64,000 nt of DNA, taken from assembly GCA_965112155.1 (NCBI GenBank), contig OZ218101.1. The stretch is one strand, 5' to 3'. The number at the start of each line of letters is the position of its first letter. Position 1 is the first letter of the stretch. Below, in pieces: positions 53,298-64,000 of this stretch. The notes below the pieces were generated by a model. The model searched no databases and was not told where the DNA came from. It saw nothing but the letters and a program-made list of their open reading frames with translations. Source of the DNA: Podarcis liolepis (lineage: Eukaryota). A program made the position numbers and the translations under genes.

Positions 53298-55601
53298 CAA
53301 GTTATGTCCTAATAGACAGTGGAAATTAGACCAGAAGGGTTTCTGTAAACAATGTAAGCTGCAGAAAGATGGGACTGGGATAATTCTTCAGCATGTATAG
53401 GGGGGTATACAAATTCTAATAATAATAATAGCTTAAACCACCAAGCCAAAAGTAACTCATCAGTGATGTATGGTGGTCTAACAAGAGCTCAATAAAGGGG
53501 TTTTGCCTGTAATTGCAAAGAAAGATGGGTTGTCAAACATCTAGCAGGCCACCATACCTGACTCATAGGCTGCATTTGGTCTAATGGATCCTAACTTGGG
53601 GAGCTGGTGGCCTGTTAATAAATACGCTGGGAAATTATTATTTGTAGAATTGCAGTTGCTTTGAATAACTTTCTAACTGGACGTCTATAACTTTTGGCTG
53701 ACTATGGACCCACTCCAAAAACTGTAGGCACTTTGGCCCTGGCTGTTCCCTTGCTAAGTTGGGTGTGTCAGCCAAGTAGGAGGAAACACATCCCCCACTT
53801 CTTTTGACTATCTGGTTCCTACTTGGTCCAGGCACCTGGGAAACTCAGTGGGGCCAGAATCAAGAAAGTCCCCTGTCTCCTCTAAGGAATGGTTTTACTC
53901 CCTGCATTGCTGAACGCCTCATCTACCACTCTTTGCTGCTCTGGGATAGGAAATAGAGGTAAGGGGGCTTCTTTGGCCCTTCATCTGCTTAGGAGCCCAG
54001 AACGCTTCTGCCAATGGCAGTCATATGGGCAGCCTTCATGCATCAGTTTTTAATGGAAAGAAAGGGAGTCTTTGGCTGCTTACCCCTGGAGCTCCTTGGC
54101 CATATGACAGTTAAACCAATAAACAGACCACCTCCAAATCTCAGGCATCCGCCCTGCTTTGCATCTGAGAAGGGTTAATACAGCACCCGACACTGCAGTT
54201 CCAAGGCTAGAACAAAGTCTCAGATAACTGGATTTGTCCGATGGAAGCAGTTTGCTTACCATGGTAAGTAAAGATGTGGTAGCCTGTTCAAAAGATCTCA
54301 CTACGTTTAAAATCTCTATACTATTTCAAAATAAAAAGGGGGTAAAGAGAAGCAAAAGGTCATATGTTATTTGTTCCTTATAAATAGATATTATTTGTTG
54401 TCCTACTGGCAGCTCTGAAATTCCTGCACTTTCACTTATTTCACTTTCCAACCGATTTCTAGAAATCAAGAAGTGATTCAGAGGAAAACTGAAAGACAGT
54501 ACAGATCAAGGATAGTTAGGGACACTTTTGACTTCCTTCTCTTTCATTTCAGGAAAATGGTAAAGAACAGTGTGAATGACAAAAATCAAGGCATTGTTCA
54601 CACATTTGGTTACCTTGACATTGCAACTCCTTAACTCACTTAGACCTTTGGTTTATTTATAGAAATTAAGAGGGAGAGTTGAAAGGGAAGAAAGAGCCTA
54701 TAAATAATTAAGGGATCTTGATTCACTTTCCTTTTATCTAAGAATGATCTAAGAATGATCCAAGATAATATGAATCAAATATATGATTAAAATATCTGTA
54801 AACAAGAGTGCCTAGTTTTCATTACTTAGAACCAACAACTTTTAAAACTACCCTGGATATCCTTGATTGTGTGAATATGATTTTGTTATTAGGGAATAAT
54901 AAGTCATAATGCAGCTGTTGCTGCTAAAAACTTGGAAATATTTCTTTAATGTGAAATGACTTGGGTGTCTGCTAGTTTAAAAAGTAATTAAAAACGAATG
55001 TATCCTAAATGGACAAAATAGTGTGTGGGAGAAAGCAAAGTATCCCTTGTCTTGCTAAGACTGAAATAAGGCTCCAGACACACAACCCTGTTTTTTCCTT
55101 TTATCGCTGAAACTAATGAGTAATAACTTAGCTCTAAAAACTGCTATTACAGGCCAGTTATTATGGATAACATTTTCTTATTACATGAGCACAGTACGTA
55201 TCAGTGAGAGGCAATCAATTGTGAACAGGCCTTAAGAAAAGCCTGAAATTATACGTGAAGCAATGCCTGATACAGCAAACAAAGCAGACAAAAGACCTGG
55301 GCCTACACAATACTACTTTCCACTTTAATATCACAGAACATACACAAGAGAACACATTCAAAGCCGGTGGTCCAGGACTGAACCACTTGAGCTGGCCTAG
55401 GATGCTTCTACCTAATATATTATGTGCAGAGGGTGTTCGTTTTTAACGTGAAGAAAGAAACATTTAAGTAGCTGATCCCACCCCACTTCCAGCCCACTGG
55501 CAATCTGATGTGGAACGTTCCAGCAGCTTGTGATATTGCTGTTGCTGTCATAGGAGCCAATCCTGGGAAGCTGTGGGTACTTGGGCACCCACAATAATAC
55601 A

Positions 55602-56505
55602 CCGTATTTTTCACTCTATAGGGTGCACTTTTCCCCCTCCAAAAATTAAGGGGAAATGTTTGTGCGTCCTATGGAGCGAATGCAGGCTCCTTGGCTTCAG
55701 CGAAAGCAACGCAAAGCCTCCAAAGCGCAGAGGGAGCGCTCCCTCCACGCTCCGGAGGCTACGCATTGCTTTCGCTGAAGCCGGGAGAGCAAGACTCTCC
55801 TGGCTTCAGCGAAAGGAACCCGAAGCCTTTGGAGCGCAGCGCGAGGTTGCACTGCGCTCCAAAGGCTTCGGATGGCTATCTCTGAGTGCAGTGGGACCTC
55901 GCGCTGTGCTCCAAAGGCTTTGGGGTTAACTGCGCAAAGCCTCCGCACGGCAGCGGGGTGCCTTCACCCCGCTACCCTGCAGAGGCTTCAAAGGCTGTCC
56001 CCAAAGCCAGAACAGCGAGATGGAGCACTGTGCAGTGCTCCGTCTCGCTATTCTAGCTTGGGGATGGCTGCGCAAAGCCTCCGTAGGGCAGCGGGGTGCC
56101 TTCATCCCGCTGTCCTCCGGAGGCTTTGCGGGCTGTCCCAGAAGCCTCTGCAGGGCACGGGAATGAAGGCTCCCCATGCCCTGCGGAGGCTTTGCACAAA
56201 GCTAGACCAGCTAGAGGGAGCGCTGCGCAGTGCTCCCTCTAGCTATTCTGCCTTTTGGATGGCCCCGTGAAGGCACCCCGCTGCGCAGCGCTCAGTCTCG
56301 CTATTCTAGCTTCGGGGTTAGCTGCGCAAAGCCTCCCCAGGGCTATCCCAGAAGCCAGAACAGCAAGAGGCTATCCCAGAAGCCAGATCCCTCTCGCTGT
56401 TCTGGCTTCTGGGATTCAGAATTATCTTTTTCTTGTTTCCTCCCCCCCCCCCCCAAACTAGGTGCGTCCTATCATCTGGTGCGTCCTATAGAGCGAAAAA
56501 TACGG
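55602..56505. mobile_element. Tc1/mariner (pogo/Tigger-like) MITE with GC-rich internal repeats
   Basis: TIR CCGTATTTTTCACTCTATAGG / CCTATAGAGCGAAAAATACGG; TA on the right flank, CA on the left. Confidence 0.85.
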
Positions 56506-57028
56506 TAATCATGGGGGCTGGCACTCACAAAGTCAACGAGAAAAGGCAGTAGGCGGCAATGGTGCTGCCTCTGAGAGAGAAGCAGTTCATCTCCACCCTC
56601 TGCCTCTGCGTCTGAGCCCCTCCCCGCAGAAAAGGGTGCCTTGCTCACTGGCTGCAGAGAGGAGGGAGAGGAGCCACCCTGCCGCAACGCAGATGCGCAA
56701 TGTCACACACTCCATGCACAATGTTGCTTTGCATTTTTTGAGGAGCCCCCCTTCCCAAATGCAATGCGACATTGCATGTCATATGTGACATCACACATAC
56801 TGCATGCAGGCGTGTGCGTGTGACATCGCAAATCTGTTTTGTAGCAGCGGGCACACACAATCCTGAAGGTGAGGGGGCACCCCCAGGTTGGTGTAGTTTG
56901 GCTCCTGGTAATAAAGCTAATTTTCTTTGATCGGCATTGCTAAGCACCATTTAAAAAATAGATTTGAGTGATCTAAGGAAGAGTGAAAGAGGAAAAATAT
57001 CAAAGGGGGGGAATTAAAATATTGTTAA

Positions 57029-57624
57029 AGGTAAAGGACCCCTGACAGTTAAGTCCAGTCGCGAACGACTCTGGGGTTGCGGCGCTCATCTCGCTTCTGA
57101 AATATACTCAGAGTCCTGTAGTGATTTCATGCTCTTTATTGCAGCTTGTAAAACAGTGATTTAATTGCCCCCCAAACCTCAGGCTTTTATATACATTATT
57201 TAAACAATGAGTCCTATCTGATTGGCTGATTCTGCTTCCCTCCTGGAGCCTGACTGGTCTTTTCCTGCAGGCCAATCAGTTGTTGCATTCTACGATCCTA
57301 CTTGCCTATTGTTCTAGGATCCAAGCTTAGTACATAACACCTTACTGGCCGAGGGAGCCGGCGTACAGCTTCCAGGTCATGTGGCCAGCATGACAAAGCC
57401 ACTTCTGGCAAACCAGAGCAGTGCACAGAAATGCTGTTTACCTTCCCACAAGAGCGATACCTATGTATCTACTTGCACTTTGATGTGCTTTCGAATTGCT
57501 AGGTTGGCAGGAACTGGGACCAAGCAACGGGAGCTCACCCCGTCGTGGGGATTCGAACCGCCGACCTTCTGATCAGCAAGCCCAAGAAGCTCAGTGGTTT
57601 AGACCACAGCACCACCCGCGTCCC
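57029..57624 (-). mobile_element. Sauria SINE interrupted by a solo LTR
   Basis: Both halves match the 24526-24883 copy; TSD AAAATATTGTTAA / AAAATAATGTTAA at 57016-57028 and 57625-57637. Confidence 0.92.
57098..57339 (-). mobile_element. 242-bp solo LTR
   Basis: TG...CA ends; on the minus strand CCAAT-type boxes, TATATAAAAG (57184-57193) and AATAAA (57135-57140) occur in LTR order. Confidence 0.75.
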
Positions 57625-57871
57625 AAAATAATGTTAAGCTTAGTGAATTCTGAAATACTTCTATACAGACAGAGATTAACATAAATGCTTGCATTCTGAG
57701 TTAAGAGGTTATTAAGCAGATAAGGCAGTTAATAACAGAGTATTCAAGTGTATTCTTTTCATGTGATCATCCAAATTATTCTCATATATAATTCAACACA
57801 ATTGTTTGACATCCCTGAATGTCCTGAGAAGAATATCCCAGAATTTCCTTTCCACTTGTTCATCCAAATTA

Positions 57872-58192
57872 CAGTGGTGCCTCGCAAGACGAAAATAATC
57901 CGTTCCGCAAGTCTCTTCGTCTAGCGGTTTTTTCGTCTTGCGAAGCAACCCTATTAGCGGCTTAGCGGTTTAGCGGCTATTAAAGGCTTAGCGGCTAAAA
58001 GGCTATTAGCAGCTTAGCGGTTATAGAAAAAGGGGGGAAAGCGGAAAAAATTGCAAGACTCACAAGACGTTTTTGTCTTGCGAAGCAAGCCCATAGGTAA
58101 ATTCGTCTTGCGAAACGCATCGAAAAACGGAAAACCCTTTCGTCATGCGGGCTTTTCGTCTTGCGAGGCATTCGTCTTGCGGGGCACCACTG
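57872..58192 (-). mobile_element. Tc1/mariner MITE, inverted sister of 27926-28262
   Basis: Same 22-bp TIR, TA TSDs and (TTAGCGGC)n core. Confidence 0.92.
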
Positions 58193-61000
58193 TATTCATA
58201 TTCATCATTTAACCTAATTGTAACCACATTAATCAAGCTCTTGCCACCCTATCAGCCATTCCACCATACATATTGAGCTAATGTTAGGCAGGATTTTATG
58301 ACATCTCAAGGTACAACAACTGAACGGAAACCAAATATATTGGAATGAAACGACACATGGTTTTAAAATTAAATTAGAAAATCTTGTTCTTAATTCTGAA
58401 GGGACCTGCATATTGAGCTATATATTCTTTACTGATGTCTGGGTCAAGATCTTATCAGCTTTATTATGAAAAATGTCAATAATAGACTACATGAAGATAA
58501 AATGTTTAATTAAAAATGAACACTGTATCCTAGTTATCAATCAGAAAACGAGGCCTATCACATACTGTCCTCCTTTTCCTATTAAACATTATTATTACAC
58601 ATTGTGGAATCTGTAAAAAAAGGGGGGGTTAACTTGTATATATCCCTTAGACAAAATAGTTTAAAATTAGTTGCATCCTGGGAAAGTTATATACTTCACT
58701 GATCTGTGCCAATTATGAAATGAATGAGTGTGGTCTCCTTTTCAGCAGCCCTCAACCTGAATTTCTGGCTAATAAATATTGTTATTCAGAACAGGCTGAG
58801 TCTTGGAGAGAGATCAGCTTGGTTACCAGACACTTCAGAAGCTGCTTTGACTCCACCTACACTTCAAAGCATAGATCAGAAGGTTATTCAGATGAAATTG
58901 GCAAAGGTAGGATTTCAGCTTCTCAAGGCACTCAAATACTAGCAAATGAAGCTGAGAGGAGAGTTCTTGAACAGAATTTATTTAGTGCTTTTATATCCCA
59001 ACTTTCTTCAAGGAAGGCAAGACAAAGTGAATGGGATGCCCAGGTGATCTCTCATCCAGGCTCCAACCAGACCCAGATTTGTTTAGATTCAGAAAAGCAA
59101 CTAAATAATCTGACCTCAGAAATCACTAGGACTGAACACCATTAGAAATACAGTATAAAGGCTGTCAAAGTATAATTTTTCAATCGAACTACTTCATTTG
59201 CACAATAATGTTATAAAATACCATACAGTAGCATGCTTTGGATAATATCCTACTTTTTTCTTCCTTTCCTTTCCATTTCCTGTTTTACAACTAATGCATC
59301 AAAGGTAATCATGCACAGGCATCACCTTCAAAATTTGTGGCCAAGCACCAAAATGTGGCCTCAGCAAGCATTGCATGTGAAAAGTTTTTTTGCCTGGTGC
59401 ACACCACCAAACGAAAAGTCACCATTGCCATTTTTTATAAAACATATCTGTTGGTAGTCGTGGGGCCTCTGGCTGCAAACACGTCCTTCACATCTTTCTA
59501 TGCCCACTGCTAAACTCAGGGGGCTGTGTGGTTTTTTTCCTTTAAAAGTGGTGTATAGCAATGGGAATAGCAGTGCCTTCTAATAAACACAGAAACAAAG
59601 CAAAATAATAATAATTCACTATTAAAGTAAATTTAAAGTAATAATTCAAAATTTTGACCTAACATCAAATAAGCCAAATGATGAATTAATTAGAAACTGG
59701 AAGGAAGAGTTATAGAAGCAAATACTCCCAATTAATAGTGCATTCGCTTATCAGATTTTGGTTGAAAAGAGCAAGAAAGAATAGCCAGTACTGTAGAACT
59801 TAGGAGAATTGGCCTGACCCAATCATGGCCCTTTACAAGAAAGGAATAAAAGCAAATTTAAGTTGATGCAGAAGCTGTAGTGAAAGCATAAAGGGCTATT
59901 AATGAATTACTCTACCTGATCAGTTCAAAAGATAGTGATCAGGTCAGAAGCTTCTCTCCTCTTGACAGCTCCTCTATTTACAGGAAAGGAAGTCCTCTTT
60001 CCGTGACAGAAAGCTTTCTAACTACTGTGATTGCTGCATGATAAGTACAATTATTGTGCACGAAATGCAATGCTAATGCTCAACTAAGTTTGGTTCAGAA
60101 TTAATTCACAATTGCGACAATTGAAAAGTTCTCAAATTAACAAAACAAATATTTTAAAACGTTGACCTGTTCAGCTGATGCTCCAGGAGCACGGATGACC
60201 CTCCCAAGATACAGTACTGATATTCAAAGACAGCAGCAGCAGTGTAGATCATGTGTGGAGTTATGCAATTAGACCTTGCCCTTAAACCTGAAAATCAATG
60301 TAATTGATCAACAAATAGACTACTGGCAGAAATGCTAGATGAGACCGTAATTCAGGATAGCATGAATGCGATCTGCAGCCAGAACTAGGGAATGTAAGTG
60401 ATGAGAAAGGGCAGCAAGAAAGGACATGGAGTGGGTGAGGGGAGTCAGATACTATTCAATAGTAACTTTTAGTCTACGGCATAAGATGTTGACAACATGT
60501 AATAATAATAAATGAGATCATTTTTACAATAAATAAATAGGTGGTTCTCATGCTTACACCATAGGCTTATGGATTAGCTTAAGCTTTATCAGAAACAAAG
60601 GGCAATAGTGCTCTAGTTGAAGCATCATCACATACTTAGGAATTCTGAGTTGGCAAAATAAATTGCCAATAAGTGAGGGTGTGCACAAGACGAGGCCACC
60701 ACGGGGAACACAGGGTTCAAAACCCATTGCTCCCATGGTAGCCTCTCAATCTGGATCTCGTGCACACTGACTGCAAAAATTACCTGCGTTTAAGGGTGGG
60801 GTTGTGTGAGTATTTTTTTTTTCTCTCACAGAAGAAACTGGTTAATTTTTCTGTGCAGGAAACTCATTGCACCTACTAGAACAGGCATGTCTAACTCCCA
60901 AGAGACTGCGATCTATTCCCACTATAAAAAAACTGGCAGCGATCTAACCATTGGATTGAGCAAAGTTGTTGAGCTTTTGGCATTCAGAGGCATCCACCCT

Positions 61001-61001
<1 letters not shown>

Positions 61002-61047
<46 letters not shown>
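61002..61047. repeat. (TAA)n microsatellite (L2 tail)
   Basis: Directly visible. Confidence 0.95.
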
Positions 61048-61460
61048 TTATTATTTGTATCCCGCCCATCTGGCTGGGCCTCCCCATGGAAGGGCGGCTT
61101 CCATAGAAACCAAAAATACACTAAAATATCACAGATTAAAAACTTCCCTGAACAGGGCTGCCTTAAGATGTCTTCTGAATGTCAGGTAGTTATTAACGCT
61201 TTGACATCACAGGGCGGGCGCCACTACCGAGAAGGCCCTCTGCCTGGTTCCCTGTAGCTTTGCTTCTCGCAATGAGGGAACCGCCAGAAGGCCCTCGGCG
61301 CTGGACCTCAGTGTCCGGGCAGAACGATGGGGGTGGAGACGCTCCTTTGGGTATACTGGGCCGAGGCCGTTTAGGGCTTTAAAGGTCAACGCCAGCACTT
61401 TGAATTGTGCTCGGAAACGTACTGGGAGCCAATGTAGGTCTTTCAAGACCGGTGTTATGT
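61048..61460 (-). mobile_element. L2 LINE 3' fragment
   Basis: ORF 61207-61494 ITPVLKDLHWLPVRFRAQFKVL...RAFSVVAPAL. Confidence 0.9.
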
Positions 61461-61856
61461 TTAGTAACACTAAATGGGGCGCAAACATCCTCACCCAGAG
61501 CTCCTAACAGTACCTCCATCTTGATATGATTCAGTTTTAACTTCTTCACCTCCACTTAGTCCTGAAATGACACCAGACTAATAAAATCTCTAAACCTGGA
61601 TGCGTCATTGTCTACAAACCCAAAATATCTCCTTCTCTTGAGCACTGTGACATCATGTGTTGCTCTGTCAAACTTAGAGAGTACAAGGTCATCTGGAAAA
61701 GATCTCTAGCAAGACATTCAAGTAACAACACCCCCTGGCCAGCAATTTTCATTTCAGAAAGCCACACAAACTATTATTTATAATTTCATTTTATTCCCTT
61801 TTATATCCCACTTTATGAATTTTTCAAAGGCTCTTAGTTTATATATTCTTCCCCTC

Positions 61857-62455
61857 TGTGATGGCCTGGGATTCCGATTCGGAGGATGAAACAGAGGAAT
61901 CCCAGCTTGCACAAGAGTCCCCGCCTCCAGGGCCGGCTGAACTGGGGCAAGGCCTAGATGCTGAAGAACCTGCACCTGTGGCAGTGCATCAGGAGCTGGC
62001 CCCAGGTGAAACCCTTCTGGCCCCAGAGAGGCTTGACGACTCAGTGGCCACAGGTGAGCCTCCTCCAGGGCCCAGTAACCCTTCGGCCTCTCCTGATCTG
62101 CAGAGGCTTAGGGCAGAGAGGCGAAGGGAACTGGTTGCCCCCAGGAGGAGTGCTCGCCTTAAGGCCAGAGGAGGCGGGGCTCCTGGGGGCCGGGACCGCC
62201 CCTGGCCTTAGAAGAGGATAAAAGCCCAGTCAGCCCGGCCCCAGGTTGCGGGAGCAACGTCGTTGTTGGCTTCGGACCTTCCTGTGTTCCTGATCCCTGC
62301 TCGGCCTCCTGTTCCCGACCATCCGGTGTTCCTGTTCCCTGCACAGCCTCCTGTTCCAGCGTTCCTGTTCCCCGCCCGGCTCTCTGCCTCGGACCTTGCC
62401 CCTCTTCGTGTGGACTCTGCTACACCCAAGGTACCTTACCCCCGGGACCAGCACA
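61857..62455 (+). repeat. 5' LTR (~599 bp)
   Basis: TGTG...CACA termini, TATA-like GATAAAA at 62217-62223, CCTGTTCC repeats in R/U5; the 3' LTR is not in the window, so the boundary is inferred. Confidence 0.75.
61861..62211 (+). CDS. 116-aa ORF in LTR U3: acidic N-terminus, Pro-rich middle, basic RRSARL motif
   Basis: Uninterrupted from an ATG 4 nt inside the LTR to a TAG just before the TATA-like box; expression unknown. Confidence 0.4.
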   Translation: MAWDSDSEDETEESQLAQESPPPGPAELGQGLDAEEPAPVAVHQELAPGETLLAPERLDDSVATGEPPPGPSNPSASPDLQRLRAERRRELVAPRRSARLKARGGGAPGGRDRPWP

Positions 62456-62457
62456 GT

Positions 62458-62467
62458 TTGCTCCCGC
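62458..62467 (+). promoter_or_regulatory. Self-priming primer-binding site
   Basis: TTGCTCCCGC is the exact reverse complement of GCGGGAGCAA at 62248-62257, the predicted transcript 5' end; no TGG-type tRNA PBS follows the LTR. Confidence 0.75.
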
Positions 62468-62518
62468 CACACCCGCACTCCCCCTTCGTAGGGGTGCGTT
62501 CGGGAAGAGCCAGAGGCC

Positions 62519-63393
62519 ATGGCTGAACAGGCGGCTGCACTGGTGGCTTTGGCCCAGGAGAACCAGGCCTTGACTCACACCGTGCAGCACTTCAGCAACG
62601 CTTGGAAGCCCTACCGGCTCCGGGGGCCGACGCCCCGGCTCCGGGCAAGTACCCAGTGGCTTTGCCTGAGAAATTTGATGGAGCCCCGGCCAGCTTTCCC
62701 ATGTTCCTGGCCCAGGCCAAGCTGTATATTCAGGGGCGAGCCCGGAACTTTCCTGACGACCGCACCAAGGTGCACTTTTTGATTAGTTTGTTAAAGGACC
62801 AGGCGGCCAAGTGGGCGTTGCCGCTACTCAGGCAAGACTCCCCCTTGCTGGCAGACTATACGGGGTTTTGCAATCGTTTGGAGGCCGCGTTCGGCAACCC
62901 CCAGAAAGAGAGTCAAGCCAACCGGGCGATTCGGCGTTTGAAACAGGGCAAGTCCACGGTGGCCACATATACCACGGAGTTTCGGCTGTTGGCACAGGAC
63001 TTGACCTGGAATGACTCGGCACTGCGGGACCAGTATCTCGAAGGGCTTTCGGACGAGGTACTGGACCAGTTGGCCACAATGGAACGCCCCACCACGCTGG
63101 ACACTCTCATTCAACGGAGTCTACAAATAGACGACCGGTTGGAGGATCGTCGTCAGGCCCGGGGTCGCCGACACTTCCAGTTCACGGCACCAGCTTTTTC
63201 CGGCAGCCCCACGGTCACAACTGATTTAACGGAGGAGCCTATGCAGCTCGGGGCAGTGCGGCCACGCCTTTCCCCCGCAGAGAAGGCGCGGCGTCGGGAG
63301 GGAAATCTCTGTCTTTACTGTGGCGGAAGTGGACACTTCGCTCGGTCCTGCCCTGAGAAACGCCAGCCGCAGGGAAACCGCCAACCCCAGTAG
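62519..63393 (+). CDS. gag: Gag (retrotransposon capsid plus CCHC zinc knuckle) with an apparent 1-bp frameshift near 62588
   Basis: ATG 62519 (MAEQAAALVALAQENQ...) joins the 62602-63393 frame (PEKFDG...FLAQAKLY...CLYCGGSGHFARSC) only with a frame correction. Confidence 0.9.
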
Positions 63394-63439
63394 CTGATGG
63401 CCCTAGCTACCGGGGGTCCCAAACCGTACAGAATGGGCC
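63372..63439 (+). promoter_or_regulatory. -1 ribosomal frameshift signal (G GGA AAC plus stem-loop/pseudoknot)
   Basis: Slippery heptamer 63372-63378 in the gag frame, 6-nt spacer, stem CCCC-A-GTAGCT / AGCTAC-C-GGGG; loop GGCCC pairs with GGGCC at 63435-63439. Confidence 0.8.
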
Positions 63440-64000
63440 CGCATCAATGGACTTGCAACATCTTATGGTTTCGGTACGTTTATACCCTCCAGGTGGGCCC
63501 TGGATCCTCACCCATGCTTTGGTAGATTCAGGGGCAACCCGCTCCTATATGGACGCTGCTTTTGCCGCCCATCATCAGGTGCCACTTCGGAACAAGCCAG
63601 TACCGGTCCAGGTGGAAGCGATTGACGGACGACTTCTGCGTTCAGGTGCCGTTACTCAGGAGACCCAGCCCCTGGTCCTGTGTCTCCAGCAGCACCGGGA
63701 GTTGCGAACTTTGGACATTGCCTCTATGCCCCGCTTTCCCCTGGTGCTCGGGATGGACTGGCTGGAAGCCCACAACGTTCAGATTGACTGGGTCAAACGG
63801 ACCGTGCACTTCCCAGACCCATGTTCCCATGCTCAATCCGGAACGCTGGCGGCCGCGCCCTCAGAGGAGGCAGCACCCACGCTCCCAGCCGTGTACCAGG
63901 ACTACCAGGACGTGTTCGAGGAACGGGGGGCAGACCAGCTGCCGCCGCATCGGCCTTTTGACTGCGGCATAGACCTCCAACCCGGAGCGCCTTTACCAGT
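63378..64000 (+). CDS. pol: Pol N-terminus (aspartic protease and start of RT), -1 frame relative to gag, open to the window end
   Basis: Manual translation: ...HALVDSGATRSYMD...VEAIDGR...LVLGMDWLEAHNVQIDW...YQDVFEERGADQLPPHRPFDCGIDLQPGAPLP, with no stop. Confidence 0.92.

Larger units (their letters stand above)
61857..64000 (+). mobile_element. Ty3/Gypsy LTR retrotransposon of the Tf1/sushi group, 5' portion (continues beyond the window)
   Basis: LTR, gag with CCHC knuckle, protease DSGA and the start of RT (LPPHRPFDCGIDL); GC- and CpG-rich, suggesting a young copy. Confidence 0.95.

Noticed and set aside
55573-56508. Cluster of overlapping GC-rich ORFs
   Set aside because: Stop-poor internal repeats of a MITE; no transposase motif.
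60806-61189. 127-aa ORF with a poly-Ile run
   Set aside because: Translation of the (TAA)n microsatellite and antisense L2 3' UTR.

Overview
Squamate (probably lacertid lizard) genomic DNA, AT-rich, with no recognisable host protein-coding gene: a gene desert or long non-coding/intronic region with many transposable elements. These include a near-complete CR1 ORF2 copy, L1 and L2 fragments, Sauria/Squam3/5S-type SINEs, Tc1-mariner/hAT/Harbinger-like MITEs, a solo LTR, and the 5' part of a Tf1/sushi-type Ty3/Gypsy element at the window end. At the centre, two N-blocks (154 and 148 nt) are separated by a 193-nt GC- and CpG-enriched, self-complementary spacer inside a roughly 8-kb stretch with no recognisable TE. 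This layout best fits a hidden pair of small structured RNAs (most likely a bicistronic microRNA cluster in a long non-coding host transcript, possibly minus strand), but the masked bases cannot be identified. Other highlights are a 1.84-kb L1-mobilised non-autonomous (HAL1-like) element with an intact 200-aa ORF and a 17-bp TSD, and a Gypsy element with a self-priming PBS, a PEG10-type GGGAAAC/pseudoknot -1 frameshift signal and an intact U3-encoded ORF carrying an HMGN-like RRSARL motif.
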